Made by a program: the position numbers and the translations under genes. The notes beneath the pieces are model-generated. The model searched no databases. It worked only from the letters and a program-made list of their open reading frames with translations, and had not been told where the DNA came from. From Oopsacas minuta (taxonomy: Eukaryota > Animalia > Porifera), in contig JAKMXF010000336.1 of NCBI GenBank assembly GCA_024704765.1, positions 133,433-197,432 of the forward strand: DNA of 64,000 nt, given 5' to 3'. Positions 59,326-64,000 of this stretch are shown one piece after another (positions within the stretch are counted from its first letter, which is position 1; every line of letters begins with the position of its first letter).

Positions 59326-61506
59326 ATGAAGAAGACAGGCAATATATGTCTGTTGTTAGGGTTAGTGATATGTTTGTATTGTTATGTTGAGGTTGCCATG
59401 TTAGATTGTAATAATGGAGCAGGGTATTGCTATGATTATTATTTCTCCCTCGATTGCTACATCACCAATAATGAAACTCAGTTGATTAAGAGTTTGTTAA
59501 GCTACTGTAGCGGTCAGAGCACAGTATTGGTTGAGATATATATTAACAAAGAGTACGCATCAACAGTATACGGGAATCTAATCATTGATATAGACTTAGC
59601 CTCAAATATCCAATATTTATCCATTTCCAATTACTATGATCAAGATAATATCCGTTTAACTACATCTAGTCAAAATACTGGATTAACGAGGATATCTGTT
59701 AGTAGTAGCTATTATATCGAACTCGAGTCTGGTAACTTTTTCAATTACTTCACAGGTCTAAAATACATCTTCGTGAGATGTGTATAAGAGACAGGATTGT
59801 ATTTGCACTAAAGCAGCAATAATATTCATCATATTGGATTTCTGTTGAATAATTTCGAATATTCTAGAACATTTTCTTATATCTATAAGTTCATCNNNNN
59901 NNNNNNNNNNNNNNNNNNNNNNNNNNNNNNNNNNNNNNNNNNNNNNNNNNNNNNNNNNNNNNNNNNNNNNNNNNNNNNNNNNNNNNNNNNNNNNNNNNNN
60001 NNNNNNNNNNNNNNNNNNNNNNNNNNNNNNNNNNNNNNNNNNNNNNNNNNNNNNNNNNNNNNNNNNNNNNNNNNNNNNNNNNNNNNNNNNNNNNNNNNNN
60101 NNNNNNNNNNNNNNNNNNNNNNNNNNNNNNNNNNNNNNNNNNNNNNNNNNNNNNNNNNNNNNNNNNNNNNNNNNNNNNNNNNNNNNNNNNNNNNNNNNNN
60201 NNNNNNNNNNNNNNNNNNNNNNNNNNNNNNNNNNNNNNNNNNNNNNNNNNNNNNNNNNNNNNNNNNNNNNNNNNNNNNNNNNNNNNNNNNNNNNNNNNNN
60301 NNNNNNNNNNNNNNNNNNNNNNNNNNNNNNNNNNNNNNNNNNNNNNNNNNNNNNNNNNNNNNNNNNNNNNNNNNNNNNNNNNNNNNNNNNNNNNNNNNNN
60401 NNNNNNNNNNNNNNNNNNNNNNNNNNNNNNNNNNNNNNNNNNNNNNNNNNNNNNNNNNNNNNNNNNNNNNNNNNNNNNNNNNNNNNNNNNNNNNNNNNNN
60501 NNNNNNNNNNNNNNNNNNNNNNNNNNNNNNNNNNNNNNNNNNNNNNNNNNNNNNNNNNNNNNNNNNNNNNNNNNNNNNNNNNNNNNNNNNNNNNNNNNNN
60601 NNNNNNNNNNNNNNNNNNNNNNNNNNNNNNNNNNNNNNNNNNNNNNNNNNNNNNNNNNNNNNNNAGTAATCAAGTATGTCATAATACACAAGATGGTTAC
60701 CTTTGTAGTTGTCCAAGAGGATATTCACTGCATAATTCAGGAGAATGTAAAGACTTCGATGAATGTGATGAGGCAACTGAATGTGAGCATACCTGTGTCA
60801 ACACAGAAGGTTCATACCATTGTGTATGTGATGAAGGATATATGCTAGTACTACTAATGGATATGACTGTGAAGATGTTAATGAGTGTCTGGAATTGAAT
60901 GGAGGATGTGAGTTTGGTTGTAGAAATTCCATAGGTTCATATCAGTGTTTTTGTGAGTATGGACACAAACTGTATAACGAAACTCAATGTGAGGAAAGTA
61001 TAGAGTGTGAATTAATGGGAGATGATTGCATTAATCCCATAGAGAGTAGTTATAAATGTAAAGGAGGGTTCAATCTATCGATCTTTAATCTTTCTTGTCC
61101 TAATGCGAATTCTCAAGAGAACATTTCATCAATGCAAACTTGTCCACAAACTGATTCAGGATTGGTTATACTAGCAATAGCTGTTGTTGGTGTTTCTCTC
61201 GTTCTCCTCTTTTTTACAATAATTGTGATAATATCTTTGCTTATATTCATTATTTACCTTGTCAGGAAGTCAAAGAATACGACAGGCATTCTATCTGCCA
61301 AGGACTCAGAAACACAGATAAAACAAAAGTCTTTGAATAATGAATCGATCTATAATTCTATTGATGAATTACCACAAGCAGATAACTCGAAAAACACAGC
61401 AACATTTGAAGCAAGTCCAATGCTAGGGGAATATCATAATCTAGCAAAACCTCAGTGTTATCCTGGTAAATTACAAGATGAAAATGCAGATTATCAGACT
61501 TTGTAA
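59326..61506 (+). CDS. LRR-cbEGF-TM receptor, copy 4; interrupted by assembly artefact and gap, with a 2-nt insertion at ~60849
   Basis: 5' part 59326-59775, 3' part 60665-61506; CTAGTACTACTAATGGA versus CTAGCTACTAATGGA in paralogs shifts the frame; may be a pseudogene or an assembly error. Confidence 0.65.
59776..59895 (+). other. Assembly artefact: Nextera/Tn5 mosaic end plus 101 nt of the Hsp90 promoter
   Basis: AGATGTGTATAAGAGACAG exact at 59776-59794; 59795-59895 is identical to 40428-40528; ends at the N gap. Confidence 0.97.
59896..60664. other. Scaffold gap (769 N)
   Basis: Run of N. Confidence 1.
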
Positions 61507-64000
61507 TACCGCCAAGTTTCTCAAAGCTATTACTGACATTAGTTTATTAAACAGGACTATACTATAGATTTGTCCTCATAGTGTGATTACATATGTCTCC
61601 ACAATATTGTATATTTGCTAGGTTTGCTCTTGGATTTGAGTTCTTAGATTTAATTCCTGAATTAGCCAGGAAGTATTGTGAGTGATTTATCATTAATTGT
61701 ATATAATTGCCTCGGGATTAATGGATTAATAATACTAATAGGTAGAAACTAATTATTTTGCAATGTTTATAGAATTTAAGTGCCAGTTTTGATAAAAGAG
61801 TGCCAAATTTTCTCTATGCCTCCAGGTGACGCTCCAGATTTCCAATACTCTCACCGCTACTATATTTCACCTGTACTGTTATATTACGTGTACTAGCTAT
61901 TGGAAATCTGCCATAGGCGAGTTGTGTGAAATGCTAGATAAGTAATTATCCAAATATATGAACGATTTTCTGAGACGTTTTCCATACTGTAGACTTTAGA
62001 TTATCTGAAACTCGATTATCTGATATCTCGGTTATCCGAACAGTTAGTTTGTTAAAATTATCCAACTTTCATCCAAGAATGGTACTTGTGTGTATTTTGA
62101 TACAATTTCTTTCGGGAAACAAACGTGAATGGTATATTCTAATCACGAAACTTGATATCGTATCCGTTTTAACATGCCTGTTCAATGAACTACATGCTGA
62201 CATCCTATGAGCATCAAAGAAGAGGTTTATACAGGAATTTCTGGCCCGGCACTTTTTCTAACAGGGACATCTCTGAGATTGCACTCTGTGGACAGTAACC
62301 AACTGAGTATGTACAAATTTGAGTCACACGCCCGGCACTCTGTGCCCTTCATGCCTCCTAAGCTGTCAAATTTAGATAAACCCCGGCATTAAACGCTATT
62401 TCCTTAAGCACAGGTGTTATATGTATATATACGACAGTATTAACTCAAATCAATAGTAGAGGATACACTATATAATTATGAAGACTTGATTTAATAATTG
62501 TGATGGAATTTACGAATCATTCGAAACGCTTTGCTGAATCAAAAGAAGTAATTATAATTATTTATACATTTTTGAAATATATCCAAATAGGTATGAAATA
62601 TGATTAATCATATGAAAATCATTTGTAGATATAGTAGTGAATATATCCAAATTGAAATCCCCCGACTCAATTACCCCTCTCTAGCCGTTCAAACGAAATA
62701 TCTATCATCTTTCTGAAATATATGCAAAAGGTGTGAAAATGTGACTAATCATATGATAAAATCACGAAATTTGTAACTTTCAAACTCTCAAAATCTTCTA
62801 ATCGGGCTCTACGCATCCATTTACCCCTGACAGCATGTTGAAACCTAATCCATAGCTTGTTGAACTACATAGAAAGGTGTGAAGTCGCATATCATGCATG
62901 CCATCAGGGTATCTTCCTATACGAGCTGAAATAAAAATATCCCAAACTGATATGCAAAATCCCAAACAATTCCAAAATGTGTTTACTGTTATGAAGATTA
63001 ATCGTTGCAATTAACAAACTATATAATGTTTATCGAAGAAAGTTTTGGCCATTGAATGATCGTAATTTGTCCAAAGTGTTAAAGGATATTATTTGAATGT
63101 GTTCCAATTATCCAAAAACCTGAAAATATCCCAAGTCTTGGGATATTTTCTCCCTGTGAGTGAGGAAAAAGCCAGGCGTTGGAGAGACCGCTCATAATAA
63201 AGGTGACGTGAATAGTGACGGTGATTATGACATATCTAAATTTAGCCACACCCAGTACCGAATTATTACATACTATTAAGCACTGATTTTCGACCTGAAA
63301 CAGTGTACCACGCCTAGCACTACCTTTCAACCTTTTGACCCTTAGTAAATCATTTCATTGATTTTAGAAATATTTGCACACACACATTACATAATTATTA
63401 CTGAAACTATTACTTTGTGCAATATTCACGAGAGCTATCAGTTTACTCTTCTAATATCAATAAATATTCTAATTAGTCACATGTATTATTATAGATCAAT
63501 AACGTCAATCAAATTTCCACTATTATCACACTTGTATTGCTTCTAATATCTATACACATATTAGCCTAGTATTTTCAAAACAAACTATTGTTTCAATTTT
63601 CCTATCATTTAATATCCTCATTAATCTTTTACTTTTCTTGAGGACACTTTTTGTACTTGAGAGGTTTTATCAGGAGGATTATCCAGGAGTATCTGAATCG
63701 CCACTTTTTCGAGTATGGATTTTCCTGCAATGCAATTTTTGGACGGTAACATATTTATCCTGTGTACTAATTTGAGCCTCATGATCGGCACTTTATGTCC
63801 TCCATTGTTGCTGAACTAGCAGTTTTAGGTGCACGCAAATCACCTAGATAAACACCTGGCTTGTCTGTATATTATTTATTTACGAACACAGAAACTCTAT
63901 ATTCTTAAATTTGACTACAATTGCAGAATCTTACACCCCCCAACTTTTTTAATGTGGTCAAAAATCCCTATATGCACCGTTCAAGAACTCGTTGAGAGAA

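Noticed and set aside
59700-59775. Gene conversion between receptor copies 3 and 4 (identical stretch)
   Set aside because: Adjacent to the chimeric junction; may simply be a copy-3 read misplaced, so not used as evidence.
59776-59794. Natural Tn5/IS50 end suggesting a bacterial transposon
   Set aside because: It is the synthetic hyperactive mosaic end; no transposase or second end.
59795-59895. Hsp90 heat-shock promoter transposed into an LRR receptor gene
   Set aside because: Joined by an exact Nextera adapter and abutting the N gap; library artefact.
59845-60776. Long ORFs in the track
   Set aside because: They span the N gap.
2342-61506. Diversity-generating retroelement driving NHL/LRR variation
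   Set aside because: No reverse transcriptase, no template/variable repeat pair, and changes are not confined to one short region.

Overview
AT-rich eukaryotic (animal) genomic DNA; gene style and content are most compatible with a sponge, possibly a hexactinellid (inference, no search run). Left third (0.5-20 kb): a rearranged array of five intact, intronless stand-alone NHL beta-propeller genes plus NHL fragments and gene-less promoter cassettes, bracketed by a ~4 kb inverted duplication that also copied exon 1 of the neighbouring eIF3a gene (now a pseudo-exon). Middle: eIF3a (3 exons), a two-domain fluoride exporter (FEX/Fluc), a coiled-coil+NHL gene with one internal stop, a full-length but dead Tc1 element, an orphan 7TM gene, an orphan repeat-protein ORF, a short Bles03/DUF1917-like gene, three Pro/Gln-rich Cys-tail membrane genes, and cytosolic Hsp90 (6 exons, clustered heat-shock elements). 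Right third: a tandem array of four intronless LRR-cbEGF-TM receptors whose variation concentrates on the LRR concave face and whose tyrosine-motif tails differ. Many MITEs. The apparent insertion of the Hsp90 promoter into receptor copy 4 is a Nextera mate-pair junction artefact next to a 769-nt N gap. No CRISPR, tRNA or rRNA found. The best candidate novel system is the pair of surface-diversified recognition arrays (membrane LRR-EGF receptors and cytosolic NHL propellers); function is inferred, not shown.
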